DNA of 64,000 nt from Utricularia gibba (Eukaryota > Plantae > Magnoliophyta): assembly GCA_002189035.1 (NCBI GenBank), contig NEEC01000013.1:124001-188000 (forward strand), given 5' to 3'. The translations under genes were made by a program, and so were the position numbers. The notes under the pieces were generated by a model. It ran no database searches. It was not told the origin of the DNA and was given only the letters and a program-made list of their open reading frames with translations. This document shows, piece after piece, positions 37,233 to 51,176 of the stretch; the first letter of the stretch is position 1; every line of letters begins with the position of its first letter.

Positions 37233-38793
37233 GGGCTGCGTTTAGTTTCAATACTATACTAACGTTTACATAATATGATTTTTGATACATGTGTTGTCTA
37301 GTTTTACAAATTTTACATACGAACGTTTTCAAAATTTTTATTTTAAAACTAACGTTTTGAAAAATAGTATATCTCCAACACTAATGTTTTTTGAAAAAAA
37401 TTTTGGTACGTACGTTTGTAAATTATCTTTTAAATAAAAACACATCTTTTGACACATACATTATGAGAACAAACGTTTACTAATGGGCTTATTCACTTTC
37501 TTGAGGTACACACACGACAACCTCAATAAATAACATAGCACGAACGCTTATAATAAATTGATTTTTAAAGTTATTCTTTTTATAGGTTCCACTACAAACT
37601 GGACCAACAGAATGTAGGTTATGTGCTTTATATTTAGTGAGGCTCCTCATGCAGAATGCATCACCAATTTTCTTTCCTTCTGAGTATCCATCATTTGTAA
37701 GTTTTTAACCATTCAAAGTTGTTAAATACAATAGGTGGAATACTACTAACTTTAGCCATTTTGTAGCTTACGAGAAGTTGGTATATGAGTTATGATGTGT
37801 TACAGTTCACTCCAACATGTGGATTGTCAAATGTTATGATGGGTGGATGTCGACGATTCCCCTGAAATCGAATACGTATAGCATGAGGGGATGAATTGGT
37901 TAGTTGGATGTAGTTGATTTTTAAACTTCAATAGCTATATCGTTGTTTCTTTTGTTTGGCATGCTTATAGTTTAGTTTACTTTGATGGATAAGATGATAT
38001 TTAAGCATTTCGATGATTCCAAAATAATGTTTAAATATCTAATATTTAGTTTTCATTATGTCCAAATCAATAGAAATATTTAATTAATGGCATGTATCAT
38101 TTTATAAAAAAAAGTGATTGGCCAACTTAAAATGTACTAAGTTTATTATGATAGACTCAAATCATTAAATATTGGAATAGATATTTACAATTATATTACT
38201 TATAATATTAATATATTATTTAAATATTTTTGAATTATTAGAAAAAAATTTCGAATATTATTTTAAATTTTAAAAAACTTATAAGTATGAATATAATGTA
38301 ATAATTAAAGTTACATAATGAAATAAATTAAATTGAGAGTTAAGTTAAGTACATATTTTACTCCATATAAAAGTTTAATTAAAAATTTACTCGAATCGAA
38401 AATTAATGAGTTAGAAAATATGAAAAACAGAAAGATACATATAACTATATATTTTTTAATAATTTTAATATATACTTTAATATATTAACTATGTTTAATA
38501 TATTTTATTCAAAATCATAGTTTACAATAAACGTTTGTATCAAAAAGTATGTGTTAAAAAACGTTTGTATTGTTTTTTAAACAACGTATATATCTAAATA
38601 ATGTTTTAAAAAACGTTGGTATTTAAAAATTAATATAATATTTAACATTTGTATGAAAATGATATATTTTGAAACGTTTGTATTGAATTTGAATAAAAAT
38701 TGAAACGTTTTTACTACAAAAATATTTTTAAAAACATATATATCAAATTATAAGCAACATTTGAAACGTGGTCATTTAAACGTATTTTTTCCC
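37233..38793. mobile_element. Non-autonomous Mutator-like element (MULE MITE), 1561 bp
   Basis: GGG...CCC termini with long imperfect AT-rich TIRs. 10-bp TSD ATTCCCGTAA (37223-32) / ATTCCCATAA (38794-803). Arms are homologous to 58979-60180 in inverted orientation. Confidence 0.85.
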
Positions 38794-38799
38794 ATTCCC

Positions 38800-40150
38800 A
38801 TAATCATTTTTCATTTCACCTCTTACTGTTCACCGGAGTCCTTTGTGTTTGCCAGCATTCACCACTTTCTGCCGCCATGAAAACTTGCCGGAATCTACAA
38901 ATCCTCTCTGGTATTTATTAGTTCTTTGTCTCTCTCGGTATGTGTTTTGGGGATCTTTGGTTTTTCCCTGGTTTTCTGTTTTGTTCTAGGGCTTTTCCCT
39001 CCTTTTCCGTTAGATTCTTCAATTTTATGATTCCGAAAACCAAAAATGGGTAGAAGATCTAGTGAACTGAATACTTCACCATCTGATCTCGATATTCAAT
39101 CTCTGATGAGTATATTGTTACCCAAACTAATGATAATGAGATTCCTTGAGGAGTCTGTGAGAAACCCCTTCTTCCTTTTAGCTTACCGATTCTGATCACT
39201 TATTCTGAAAGCAGTCTTCGTTTCCCTCTGCATCCTTTGATCGTTTGATTCCTCAGTACTGTCACAATTCCGCTTTACTGTCTAGCTCCCAACTCTGTTT
39301 TGTACTTCACAACCTTTCTGTTTTACTTGGCATCCGGTTATGTCCTGAGTTAATTAGTTAATTTCTTCCAACTTTTTAAGATTGCCGTCAGCAAAGCAAA
39401 GCCGCGATGAACAGACGTGCTCATTTTCAATTTTGCCGTTTCAAGGACAGCCTCGATTTGACGGTTAAGGCTCCTGATACCCACCATGATTGGTGGTCAT
39501 CTTTTGTTTGGGTTTCTTCCCTTATAGGTGTTAAATGGAATTTTCCAATAGATCCTCCAACCCCCTTCAAAATAAAACTTTTTGGCCCTTAACGACCTTG
39601 TGCTGAATTGCTTAGAACCCTATATCGGAGACTCGTCAAAGGTACCGCTCAATATAAATCTCGGGCCTCCTTGCTTTCGAATGATTCTTTGATGAATTGT
39701 GGCATTCTCAGCCGTAGCCGAGATAGGCAGTGGCTCGATTTCATCTTCCTCGCAGCTCTGACTTAGAGTTCTTGTCTCTAGTTCCCCCTTCATCCAATCA
39801 CTTTCATATATCATCCGATTCTCAACCCGAACCCTCTCAACCTCTGATTCCCAAGAGAAAGAAAAGGGTTAAAACATGTGATCATAAACCCTACAAGAAG
39901 CAAAGAGGTAGCTAGCCTCCTTGGCATTGCGCTGCCGTTCTAACTCTTTTTCTGTCTTTGGAGTGCAGCTGACGTAATGGCGAGGAGACAGCCGCTTGAA
40001 CCTGCAGTAGCGCTCGCTTTTCTGCGGAGATCTGTGGAGTCAGAGAGTCGGATGTAGGTTCACCTGCGGAGGTCGGTCTTACCCCATATTGTCTGAGGTT
40101 TTCGGATCTGGATTCTAACCTTGGCTCTTCTCTCAGCCTGTTTGTTAATG
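38800..40150 (+). mobile_element. Possible decayed accessory (antisense) ORF region of the Tat-like element
   Basis: Lies internal to the minus-strand PPT/LTR at 36477-36992. PDTHHDWWSSFVWV (~39470-39515) faintly resembles gypsy-type putative-transposase ORFs. Weak. Confidence 0.3.
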
Positions 40151-41278
40151 ATTGTTTTCAATGTTACCATGAATTGTTTTTCCTCTTATTAACTTTATTG
40201 ACACTTTTTCTTATTGATTATAGTAGAATCCATAGCTAATCATTTGTGTAATACCTATAACAAATATTAACAAATACGTATGTTTTTTATAACATTTTGC
40301 TGAAAGAATATTCAATACAATTGAAATTGTACCATTAACAAAATAAAAAAATCATTATACTTATATTAGTCATAAATGACATAAAAGCTATTTTACCAAT
40401 AAACATGATAAAAATTGTATGATATCATTCAAAAAACACATTAACTATAAATCCTTGTTATTGATTCTACATAATGATTATGTAGGAAATGATGGAAATC
40501 ATATATTAGTTTATTGCAATATTTATAATGAGATTGATAAATATTCAGAATTGAGTACGCGTATGGATATTGTAGGTCTCTCACAATGATAATAATTCAT
40601 AATGACAAAAAGTAATTACCCCAAAATCATGCAAAATTGAAAATTCGTTTATAGAACCATGATTTGTCAAAACTCGACTGTGTAAAAATTCATTACATAC
40701 TAAAGCTAAATGAAGCTAACCAAAATCGTACCTGATCGCAAAAAGTGTTATTCTCAACCATCTGACTAAATCATATGTTTCAAAGTAAAACTGAGAAGTA
40801 ATAAATGATTTCATAAGACTATTTGTGTAATTTCAATACAAAATAAGTTATACCCAAATATTAATTCCATCTAACCAAAAGAGAAGATAATTAGTTTTCA
40901 AAAAAAACTCAATATTATTATCATAAAACCTGTAAATCTATCTCCAATAATCGTAATGAATGATAATTATAAATCCTAATAATTGTAATATCAATACCAA
41001 GTAAATTTTATTTTATAAATTCAAAATTTCCATTTCAAGAGGATATTCTAATGACCCATCAATAAAGGACCCATCAATAAATGAGTACGATTGGCGGTAT
41101 TTGAATTTTCAGTAAAAATTGTTAACCAAATCGTTCTCATCCATGCAAAAGAAGTCAAACACATACATTAAAATACCATGTGGGAATAAAAGGAGCAACA
41201 ATGCAAGCTTGGAGGTGCTGTTGCACACAGACCCCAGAAGGAAAAAGACACAAGTCAAAAGAAGTGCTTGCTGACTTC

Positions 41279-42319
41279 TTAAAGGGCCTTGAGAATATCT
41301 TCAGCGCTTGAAACCGTGAACTCTCCACCAGACTCAATGTTTGCAACTGTGACCTTGAGGTCCTCAACAAGAAGGGCGAACCTCTTTGAACGAACTCCCA
41401 GTCCCTTGTCACTGAGGTCCAGCTCCAGACCAAGCGCCTTGGTGTACACTCCGGACCCATCAGCAAGAAACTTCACATGCTCGTTCTCAGGGAATGTCTT
41501 TGACCATGCCTTCATCACGAATGGATCATTCACTGCAAATTTCAATTCCCATATCAAAAGACCACACTCCCTAATCGAGAGCCAGGAATCAATGTAGCAT
41601 CAACTGCACTTTCAGTACAAATAATAATAGCATCAACTCTAAGGAATCGGCAAGGGAGAGATTTTTCAGGACAACAACCGCATCGAATCAGGAAAGGAGA
41701 CTTCAAAAATGTTTCAAAGATGAGAATGAAGTCGCATCTCGAAATCCAACTACCGTTGAACATGAAGAAGAATCCACCAAAATGTTTCTATGGCACTAGC
41801 ATATTCGGTATCAGAAGGTTTCGATCTTGGCATTCATTATACTTGAAAGTAAAGAAGCATCAACCAAAATGTTTCAGAGATACGAATGTAATCGAGAATG
41901 GAACCTCACTTGACAAAAATGCAGCAACAATTGGTAATAGAATATGCAAAAGGAACTTCCAACTCGATATCATAACCCATACCGCTGATGCAAATGACTT
42001 CTTGAACACCTTTAGACTTCAGTTCCGGAGACTTCTCCACGAATCCAGGGACGTGCTTCAAGCTACGTCAAAACAGAATCAAGCTGAATCAATAAAACGA
42101 AGAAACCAAAGCAAGCAAATTTAAAAAATAAAGAAATCAAACAATTGATTATTGTTATTGTTACCTGCAGGTGGGGGTGAAAGCTCCCGGAACGGCGAAA
42201 AGAACAACCTTCTTTCCGGCGACGAGAGAGTGAATTGAGACGCTTTGAAGCTGATCTTCCTCATCGAAATAGGAGAGAGTTCCGTCGGGAATACTGTCAC
42301 CAATTGCGATAGGCGCCAT
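41279..42319 (-). CDS. PRXIIB: Cytosolic type II peroxiredoxin (PrxIIB-like), 162 aa
   Basis: Exons 42319-42165, 42062-41983 and 41532-41279 sum to 489 nt with GT-AG junctions. Reads MAPIAIGD...[16 protein letters not shown] (peroxidatic Cys), [24 protein letters not shown]. No transit peptide. B/C/D paralog identity is uncertain. Confidence 0.96.
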
Positions 42320-42401
42320 TGCTGATATAATGTTCCGTGAACTGTGAATTCCACCCCGAAAAGTATGCCTGCTGTGTGCACCGAGGAAAGCGGGAACGTA
42401 G

Positions 42402-42409
42402 TATTTATA
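42402..42409 (-). promoter_or_regulatory. TATA box of PrxII
   Basis: TATAAATA on the minus strand 83 bp upstream of the ATG. Confidence 0.7.
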
Positions 42410-42706
42410 GAACACGAGTGGGGAGTGGAGGTCGAGGACGATTGATATGGGAATTGCGGACTCCAAATTGTTGTGTAGTTACAAATTGAATAAAATGTTG
42501 ACGTCCGTTGATATGGTTAAAGGAAAGTCTAGTATATTTATATTTACTTTATTCTATATATTTGAAAACGTCTAAATATCAAATTATGGTTGAATCAATT
42601 TTAGATGTAAAAATTGTTATTTTTCACAATTTTATTAACGAAAATGGTGAGGTTGTCAATGGAGTATTTGGAATATTTTAAAATTGGAAAAAGAATGTTC
42701 AAGTGC

Positions 42707-42871
42707 AGCCGCCGTGTAGGGTACTGGGTATGAAAGACGCATGGCGCGGGAAGAAAAATGAATACCAAGTTCACATACTCCAAGTCCATTGACTTCACGG
42801 GAGTTGAATGGAATCTAGTTGCAGGCGCCATTGACAACGCGCTATACCGTCGGCAGATGGGGCCCCACGTG
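42707..42871. promoter_or_regulatory. Candidate stress cis-module (GCC box, DRE core, G-box)
   Basis: AGCCGCC at 42707-13, GCCGAC on the minus strand at 42854-49, and CACGTG at 42866-71, in a GC-rich island within AT-rich DNA. Confidence 0.4.
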
Positions 42872-45354
42872 AACATGGTTTGGGAAATGAAGCTTTTAAT
42901 TTTGATATCAAGTGGCGCAATTGAACAAGTTCTAAGCCACAACTTAAGATAAGATTATTAGCAAATAGTCTCATATCCTAAAATTAAATTTATATAATTA
43001 AATATAAATGAGATTATAAATTATTGTTAATAGGTTGAACTTAATATTTTCAAATATAATTTACGTTTGTTGTATATTCGAGGTTCAAATAAATATTAAT
43101 CTCATTTATCAAATTTTTAATTTTAATATGAAATTGATGTTGAGTCATATTTCAACATGTTTAAGTATATTTTAATGTTAGAATATTATGATAATACAGA
43201 TTAGAATAGTAAAAAAAATCTAAAACATTCATTAGTCAAATTACTTTTGTTAAAAACGTGATTTGGACCATTTTTTACTTAGTCTAATGGCAAAGTGGAT
43301 TTATTTTTCATTCAAGTTCATGTATGTCCGGTCCATTTGTGTTGGGTCACATAATCTGACTAATTTACAAGGTAATCATAATTTGCAAGCTCATGTGTAC
43401 TTTGCAAGGTTATTATAGGTCTGAGACCAGAGGAAGGATAAGGAAACCTAGCGAAAAAGAAGTCAAGAAGCTTGCAATATATGCACCTAAGTGTGGCTAT
43501 GACACATGTTGGTGTAAATAAAAAGAGAAAAAGTTCTTCAACCTATATAAAAATATCATTTGTTTTGAGAGGAGGATTTTTTTATTTTATAGAAATTTTT
43601 TCTCTAGAGAGCGTTTTGCCATTGGAGTGGAAGGAAAGATGAAAGAAGACGTGTTTTAGTGTGACACTCAAACTAATTTCCGATATCCAGAAGTACAATG
43701 TAGATCTGAACAAAAGGTAAGGAAGCCTAGTAACCTATAGTTTGAGAAAAAAAAGATAGGAAGAACACCAAAATTAACGAATCGAATAATCACTCTATTT
43801 TTCTCACAAATAGTTTCATGCGTTTTATTTTCTGAACATGTGTGCTATTTTTGTTTCATGTTTTTAATGTTCAACATGTTCCAATCCTTTCAACACCTGA
43901 ATGTATTGGCCAAATCAATTTTGTAACTGTTTTTGCATGTACACTTAATATCTTATGAATTTTAGTCCATTTACACATAGTTTAATTTTGAATCAAGTGC
44001 AATGACTATTGCTTTTAGTTTAGAACTAGTAGAAGTATTTTATCGATTAAAGTTACAATAGAAACTTACTTCCATACAAACCTTTATTTAATTTAGTTTA
44101 TACATAGAACCAACAATTAAAAACCATTTTGCTCTCTGTCAATCGACCTGGATTTACTGTTGTTATATCTTTATGAATGAAATGTGGTTTATTTGTTTAG
44201 TTTACAAATTACTTTGGATGGGAAAAATCTTTATTTGTTTAGTTTAAAATATCTATGGAACCTTTGTCAAATTACTTTGGATGTGGTTAATTAGTCAAGA
44301 TGAGTTTTATGTTGATATAACCCTTGGTTAAAGAAACAAATGTTAATTTGATGAAAATGGATCAATTTGACTTGAGTATGGATATTGGATCAAATAATAT
44401 CATATTGTAATATTAAAATAATATAATCAAATATACAAAAAATGTAAACCATCATTAATAAATTGAATCTAATCTTTTAGAATATAATTCACATATCTTA
44501 TATATTCAACTTCACACATTTATTTCACTGATTTTAGAATCATTTAATTTTAACAAAGATGGCCTACTCAAAAGTGCATAATCTGTTATTTTTTTGGTGC
44601 AAATGTTCAAATGATTTATTTTGATGAATCATATCTGTAATTTCTCATTTAATTTAAATATCTTTAGATACTTATTTTATTTAAGCATGTATAATACATT
44701 GGTGGAAAAAAAAGCTTAGAATGTATTAATTGGAAAATTTAACATAATCAAATGCACCGAATGAAAAAAAATATTATAGTAATTCTTAAATTTGTTAGAC
44801 TTTCATGATCTTTCCAGATAAATTAGGTGGATTTATATATTTTCTTGATAATCATACTGTATTTAAATTTATTTTTACTTGTCTAATTTAGATAAAGCAA
44901 ATGTGAATCCATAACATTAGTAGGGTTTTTGATTTTGAAGTCCAGTCATAACATTAATTTTTAGCTAATTGGTGAAGAAATAATATCCAACCAAATAAAA
45001 AGTTTGATAAGTTAAGACTATTCAAGCATTTAAAGAAGATAAAATTCCTTATAAGATTTATAAAGCAAACCAAAAGTCCTTCAAATAGTACCTCTAAAGT
45101 ATTTATATTTTAGAATTGAGTCATAATATTATTAAACACAAACCAAATAAAAAAAAGAGACTATCAAGTCCAATAGCACACATAAAAAATGATGACGTTT
45201 TAGGGCTCTAAGGTAGTTCCACTTTTAGGTACTTGAAGTTCTTTAGTGGCAAGACTGTAAGCCTGACTTCGAATCCAATAGAGTTGAATAGATACTTAAG
45301 TAGAACTTCAATCTTCTTGCTCTTACTCATTTTCATTGGTTCATGTGGAATAAT

Positions 45355-46484
45355 TTATGAACGTTAAAACGTGTTGCTAAATGTCGCTGTCTAGCATGTT
45401 CAACGCATCAAAAGAAATTTATAAAAACTAACTATTCTACTAGATAATTCACAATTATTTATAGGAAATGGTTGCGATTTCTTGAAATCGTTTATATTTA
45501 CTGAAAACAGAGGGGTTTTATGGGGGTTTAGCTCTTATGTGCGTAAGACATAAAATAGCAGTAGTTGAAATAGACAAGTTACAAGGGTGAAGAAACACAA
45601 AAAAATAAAAGGGATGTGTACAAAATATAAAGAGAAGGTGACTTCGCTGTGTTTTATACTAGGGTCTCACTCTTATGTTATTCAAGAGATCCCATAGGCT
45701 TAAATCAAGTTTTAAAACGCCTAAAAAAAGAGCAAAGTGTCGCAGGAACAGCAAACATGTTAATCTTAAGAACTAAAGACTGAAGAACTCCTCATAAGCT
45801 GAAATAAAGTCTACCGGATGTTTCTTGTTCATAAACAAGCATCAAGAATGTGAAGAAAAGCATGAAAACACAGACAGTAACAGTAGCAAGTTCAATAGAA
45901 ACAAAAGTGCATAAAATGAAAATAAAAGTATCAAGCTGCTTCTGTGGTCTGTAAATTCGGTGGAGCTCGAAGTTCTAGGCAAAGATACAATCAGGAAACA
46001 TAGATCTGAGGCTATTCGGGGCTGTTTGTTTGAGAACCACAGTTCTAATCTGCTCATGCTCCTTGTGATTCGCTCATTCTCTCTCTTCTTGCTCTCTTTT
46101 TTTCCTGCTCAAAGTAAGGTTATCTCCGTCTTTTTCATGAACTTTTAGAAGGAAGATCTTTGCTCCAGATCTTATATTTTCAGAAAATAGCTGCTTTCAG
46201 CGAAAAGTAACTTTTCCTTAGCTTTTATGCCCCTTTTGACTTGTCAACGTGGAAAATGCGCTGTCATGGTACTATCTCTTACCTTGTTAAGACTTAGAAA
46301 CAAACTAGAGGAAAAAATTAGAGTTTTAGGCTTAATTTTTATCAATTGAGTCTATTTTCACAATAGTACATTCCTACCAACTAGATACACAAAAAGGAAG
46401 CAATTAGAATACACGAAACAACCTTTTATCAAATAAAACACCTCTAAAAACACATAGAAAAACATAATAAAAACAATGTTATCA
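45355..46484 (-). mobile_element. Solo LTR inserted in the CRM 3' LTR
   Basis: TSD ATAAT at 45350-54 and 46485-89. Removing the insert restores GGATATAAAG-ATTAT-TCCACATGAACCAATG, collinear with the 5' LTR GGATAAGAAG-ATCAT-TTCACTTGGACCAATG. One terminus is mutated (TTATGA). Confidence 0.8.
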
Positions 46485-47258
46485 ATAATCTTTATATCCA
46501 AAGTGTTTACTTATGCAATATTGTCATCATTCTTTAAATACTCTTCATCATCATGGTGGGGTTCATCACCCCCCCCCCCCTTCTTTACAAAGATTCAACC
46601 TCCAATCTACATCCATTTTGAAAAGCAACAAATTAGAAACATTGAAAATTGAATGAATAGAATACTTACCTGGTAAATTAAGTTTGTAGACATTATCATT
46701 TACACGTTCAATAACTTGAAAAGGTCCATCCCTACGAGGAAGAAGTTTTGAGTTTCTTTTGGTGGGAAACCTCTTCTTCTTAAGATGAAGCCAAACTCAA
46801 TCTCTGGGTCTGAACACAACTTTGCATCTACCCTTGTTTGTCAAAGATGTGTTGTTCTATTGTAAGCAAATTTGACAAGTGAGAAACATTCCTCTCAAGT
46901 CTTTAGATTAGATTTAATCAGAATCCTAAGCAAGATAGAAAGTGTGCGATTTGTTATCTTAGTCAGACCATTTGTTTGAGGATGACAAGTGCTCTAGTAT
47001 AAGAGCTTAATGCCAAGTTTACTCCAAAGAACTCTCCACAAGTGACTAAAAAATCTTGCATCACGTTCAAGGATGATTGTAAGCATCATATCCTGAGGTG
47101 TGACAACTTCTTGAAAAAAGAGACAGCCACATAAGATGCATCATCAATTTTGACAAGGAATAAAGTGTGTCATCTTTAAAAACCTATAACATGAAGGGCG
47201 ATAGTTGATTTAGCCTTTCTACAAGGAATACATCTATGACAAACTCTCTCAACATCTC

Positions 47259-47470
47259 TGTTACATGTCGTTTCCTCAAAAAATTTTAATTAGAAAAATG
47301 TAAAACACAAATAAGCATAGTACGAGTTTCCATCTCAAGGAATTGAGTTTTGTGAAAAGTGTTTTGTGTTAAACTCTTACAAATTGTCATGAGTTTGTAA
47401 AAGAGATTATGAAATACAAAAATAAAAGATACAATACGAGTAATGGACCTTTATTAAGGGAGGTCCATAA
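47259..47470 (-). mobile_element. Family B LTR 3'-end fragment inside the CRM pol region
   Basis: Closely matches 29100-29310. Sits between LYAHDHDFGDIY and RDVERVC of the CRM polyprotein. Confidence 0.75.
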
Positions 47471-48128
47471 AGGTCCATTATAAAAAGCAAATTCACATAC
47501 CATATAAATGTCTCCAAAATCATGGTCATGAGCATATAAGCCAATAATGGAGGTAAATACTATAATTCTTACATCAAGATTTGCTGAAAGAATGTACCTT
47601 TGAAATAGAGTAATAGCTATCACATTCTCTTTACCCTTCTATTATTTGACATAAGGAAATATGCTAAAGAATTCTACCCACTTAGGATGTCTTCTACTTC
47701 ACTTGACCTTTTAAAGGATTGAAAGACTCATAATCAGTAAGTATTACATCAATACAAAGCTCTAATCAATGAATACATCTGCTTGTCATAGGTGGGATAG
47801 TTGAGGATAGCATCATGAAGCTTCTCACTAAAATAAGCAAGTGGATATCTATTTTACATCAATACAGCACCAGTGCCTAATTCTGATACATCACATTCAA
47901 TTTCAAAAGTACTTAAATTTTAGAAAGAGCAAAAAGAGGTACCAAGCAATGTTTATCCTAGAGTTGTATGAAGACATGTTCTTGCTCATCTCCCGATTGA
48001 AATGGGTGGTTTTTCTTGATTAATTGAGTGAGGGGTGTTGTAATAGCGCTGAAATTTTTAACAAATATTTATAAAAGCTTGCTAAGGCATAGAAACTCCT
48101 AACCTAACCAATTGAGTTAGTTGTTGGA

Positions 48129-49656
48129 TGATAACACACATTTTTCCTAAAGTTCATAACACAAAATAGCTATATTTTATCATGATTTAGGTTAGATAAA
48201 TGTGGTTTTTCATGCTTTAGTGGTGTTTATGTTAATCCTATGTGATTATGTTGAAAAGTGGACTAAATCAAAGGATTTAGTCCACAACTCTTATTACTAA
48301 CATTTCAGTAAGTTCAGCAGGGAGATGAGCTGAAAATCAGACTTGCAAACGTGTAAAACAAGCAAAAAAGGGTGCAAAATCCGGAGAAGGACAAAGAGCA
48401 CTGTTTTGCTGCCACCGCAGTCTGCAAGTTCAGGCTGGGAACAGTGCTGGCGGTCGGGAACAGTACTGGCGGACAGCAACAGTGCAATGGAGTGAAGGAA
48501 AGGGGAAATTTATTTTTTCGAAAAAAGGAGGAAGGAGACGGAGTGAAGCGACCGGGGGGGGGGGGGGGGGACGCAAAGGGGTCTTCTTCCCCAATGGAAG
48601 AACACAGAGAGGGGGACGCAAGGGGTCTTCTTCCCCAACGGGAAAAACACCAACCAGAAGGGGAAGGGAGGCCTTCATCACCAAGAATAGCACCGGAGCC
48701 CAATCTAGTGCTATTGTTCCGAGCGGTGAACAGTAGCTAACGGGCAGAAGAACAATCTTTATTTACTTTCTAGTTTTCTAAACATTTCGACTTTCTGCAT
48801 TTTACTTCTTTACAATGTTTCTGCCATTTTGGCCAACTTATATAAATGAAATCATGTTTTATTTCCAAGGCATGAGTGGCTAGAGTCTTAGGGATGCCTT
48901 AAGGAGAAGTGGGTGGTATGTGTTTAGGTTGATGATGAGATCCATGATACAAAAACAAAAACCAGAATAAAAAAGAAAAAGATATCGTGATGAAAAAATT
49001 TAGTTGTCTTGCTTAACTCTTGTTCCTAACAAACCATGGGTAGACCTAAGGAGGGGAGCAAGTAGTTTCACAACTTAGATGCTTGGTTTAGAGGTAGACC
49101 AACAAACCAAGACATGATCAGTCGGTGTTAGTCCAGGGTAGAACCAGTAGAACCGGGTAGACCTAGTTCTATATGCCTTGTATGCGGGTAGACCTAATTG
49201 CAACGTTGGTTATGATATTGGGGACTAGCTTAAGCCAAAAATATGATGAATGACCTGGGTAGACTTAGGTTATTTGAAATTGTGAGTATAGGAAGATAAT
49301 AAATTAAGTTAGGAAGCTTAGCATAACACGACCCGCAGACCCTTAAGGCATCCTAGTATTAGTCTGAGTCAAAACCAGTACCTGTTATCTTAGCGTAGAA
49401 ACCTGATATTGCTTACCTACCTTGTTTACTGAACTTGTTTACCACTATTAGTCCGAGCTTAGACTAAGACCTATTGTTATCCGAAATTATACATGTACTA
49501 AAACACTTAGCAAGCACAAGCTCTTCGTGATCGACCCCGATATCCACTATACAAGTTTTCCAAATTTGTATTTTGTGTAGATTAGGGATTATAAATTTAT
49601 TTGATATGGATTTTCTATTTTCATTTTCAACGATATTAGGAAATTTCCGTTTATCA
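48129..49656 (+). mobile_element. Solo LTR, family A copy 2 (1528 bp), inserted in the CRM RT
   Basis: TGATAAC...TTTATCA termini with TSD TTGGA/TTGGC. Removal rejoins AITQWP|TTNSIG*VRSF. Contains a 17-G run (48554-70) and an internal duplication. Confidence 0.9.
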
Positions 49657-51176
49657 TTGGCCATTGCGTAATTGCTTGCACTTTCTCTTCATCTACCACT
49701 ACTCTTGCATTACTAACAACATATCCAATAAAAGAGACATTATTCGTGAAAAAGACACACTTCTTTATGTTAGTATACAATGTCTCTTTTCTGAGAGTAT
49801 CTAAGACATTCCTCAAATAACACACATACTCATCAACACTCTTACTATACATTATAATATCATCAAAATAAACAATCACGAGTTACCAATAAATGGTTGA
49901 AAAACGTGATTCATCAATCTCAAAAAGGTGCTAGAAGTATTAGTCAAATCAAAAGACATAACAACCTACTCATACAAATTAAACTTACTTTTGAAAGCTA
50001 TTTTCCACTCATCGCCATCCTTCACTCTAATATGATGATATCCTTTTCTCAAATCAGTTTTATTGAAAACACAAGTACCATGCAATTTATCTAGCATATC
50101 TTCAAGTCTAGGAATAGAATATCTATACTTGATGGTAATGTTGTTGATGCCTGATAGTCCGTGCACATATGCTAAGTTCCATTAGAAATAGGAACTAATA
50201 AAACTAGCATAGAGTAAGAGCTCATACTTTCTCGCACAAAACCTTTAGACATTAATTTCTTTACTTGCAGTTGTATTTCCTTCAAATTGGCACGATATGC
50301 TAATTGGTTGGGGATTTTTGCTTCAAGCATAAGGTCAATTTGATATTTTCTAGAACATGACGCAATCTTGCAAATTCTTATTATATAGCTCTCAAAGTGA
50401 ACTTGTCATCCAACAAGTCACCTTTCTCATGCTCACCTTTTGAGTTTGATAGCCTAAAGACAAGAGAAAAGAAACAAGCAGCAAGAAAGAAAAGAAAATA
50501 AATACAAAGAACAATGAAAACACATGTGACTTCTATCACTCAATCCTCGAACTTCAAGTTTTTAGTATACTATTTAACACCATCATGCTAGATATCATGA
50601 CATTACAACAATTAAAGCACTTCCATAGTAGTAATGGTCATGATGTTATGATGGGATTAAATGAGGGTAAGAATGAGAGTTGAGTCAAGATAGAGACAAG
50701 AGAGAGTGGCTAAATTAAAATAACATGAATAGATTAGTTGATTGTTGGATTAGATGACTAGGAGGGATGGACAATAAACAAAAGAGAAAATGACTTGGAG
50801 GAATGAGCACTAAAATCGAAATATGTTGTTTGCTGGATTGTAGGAAATAGATAAATTAACAATAAACAAAGAAAGTCTTATAATGGGATGATGGTGACAT
50901 GTAAAGGATAAGGGATAGGTAATTGAAATAAAAGAAAAAAATAAGAAATATGTTGCTTGTTGGAATGGATGAAATACAAGAATGAACAATAAACAAAGCT
51001 TTGATACCAAATGATATGACCCTCTAATTTAAAAAAGATTAATATCTCTCAAATATGAGGAAAAACAGTGCTTATAAAGGAGCCTCTTATAACTAGACTA
51101 TGAAATAAAAGGAAAATTAGGAGCCATACTTCAGAATGAGAAAAAATTGAAAGTGATAATCCTTAGATACCACAAG

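Noticed and set aside
42320-42466. In-frame upstream extension of PrxII as a transit peptide
   Set aside because: No ATG, and it spans the TATA box; the 162-aa form matches cytosolic PrxII.
43260-44200. Another LTR-like remnant (TATA-like site, GTCAATCGACC motif)
   Set aside because: Termini and TSD could not be defined.
48297-48740. Cluster of overlapping ORFs on both strands
   Set aside because: A GC-rich, low-complexity segment of a solo LTR with a G-run; no protein family signal.
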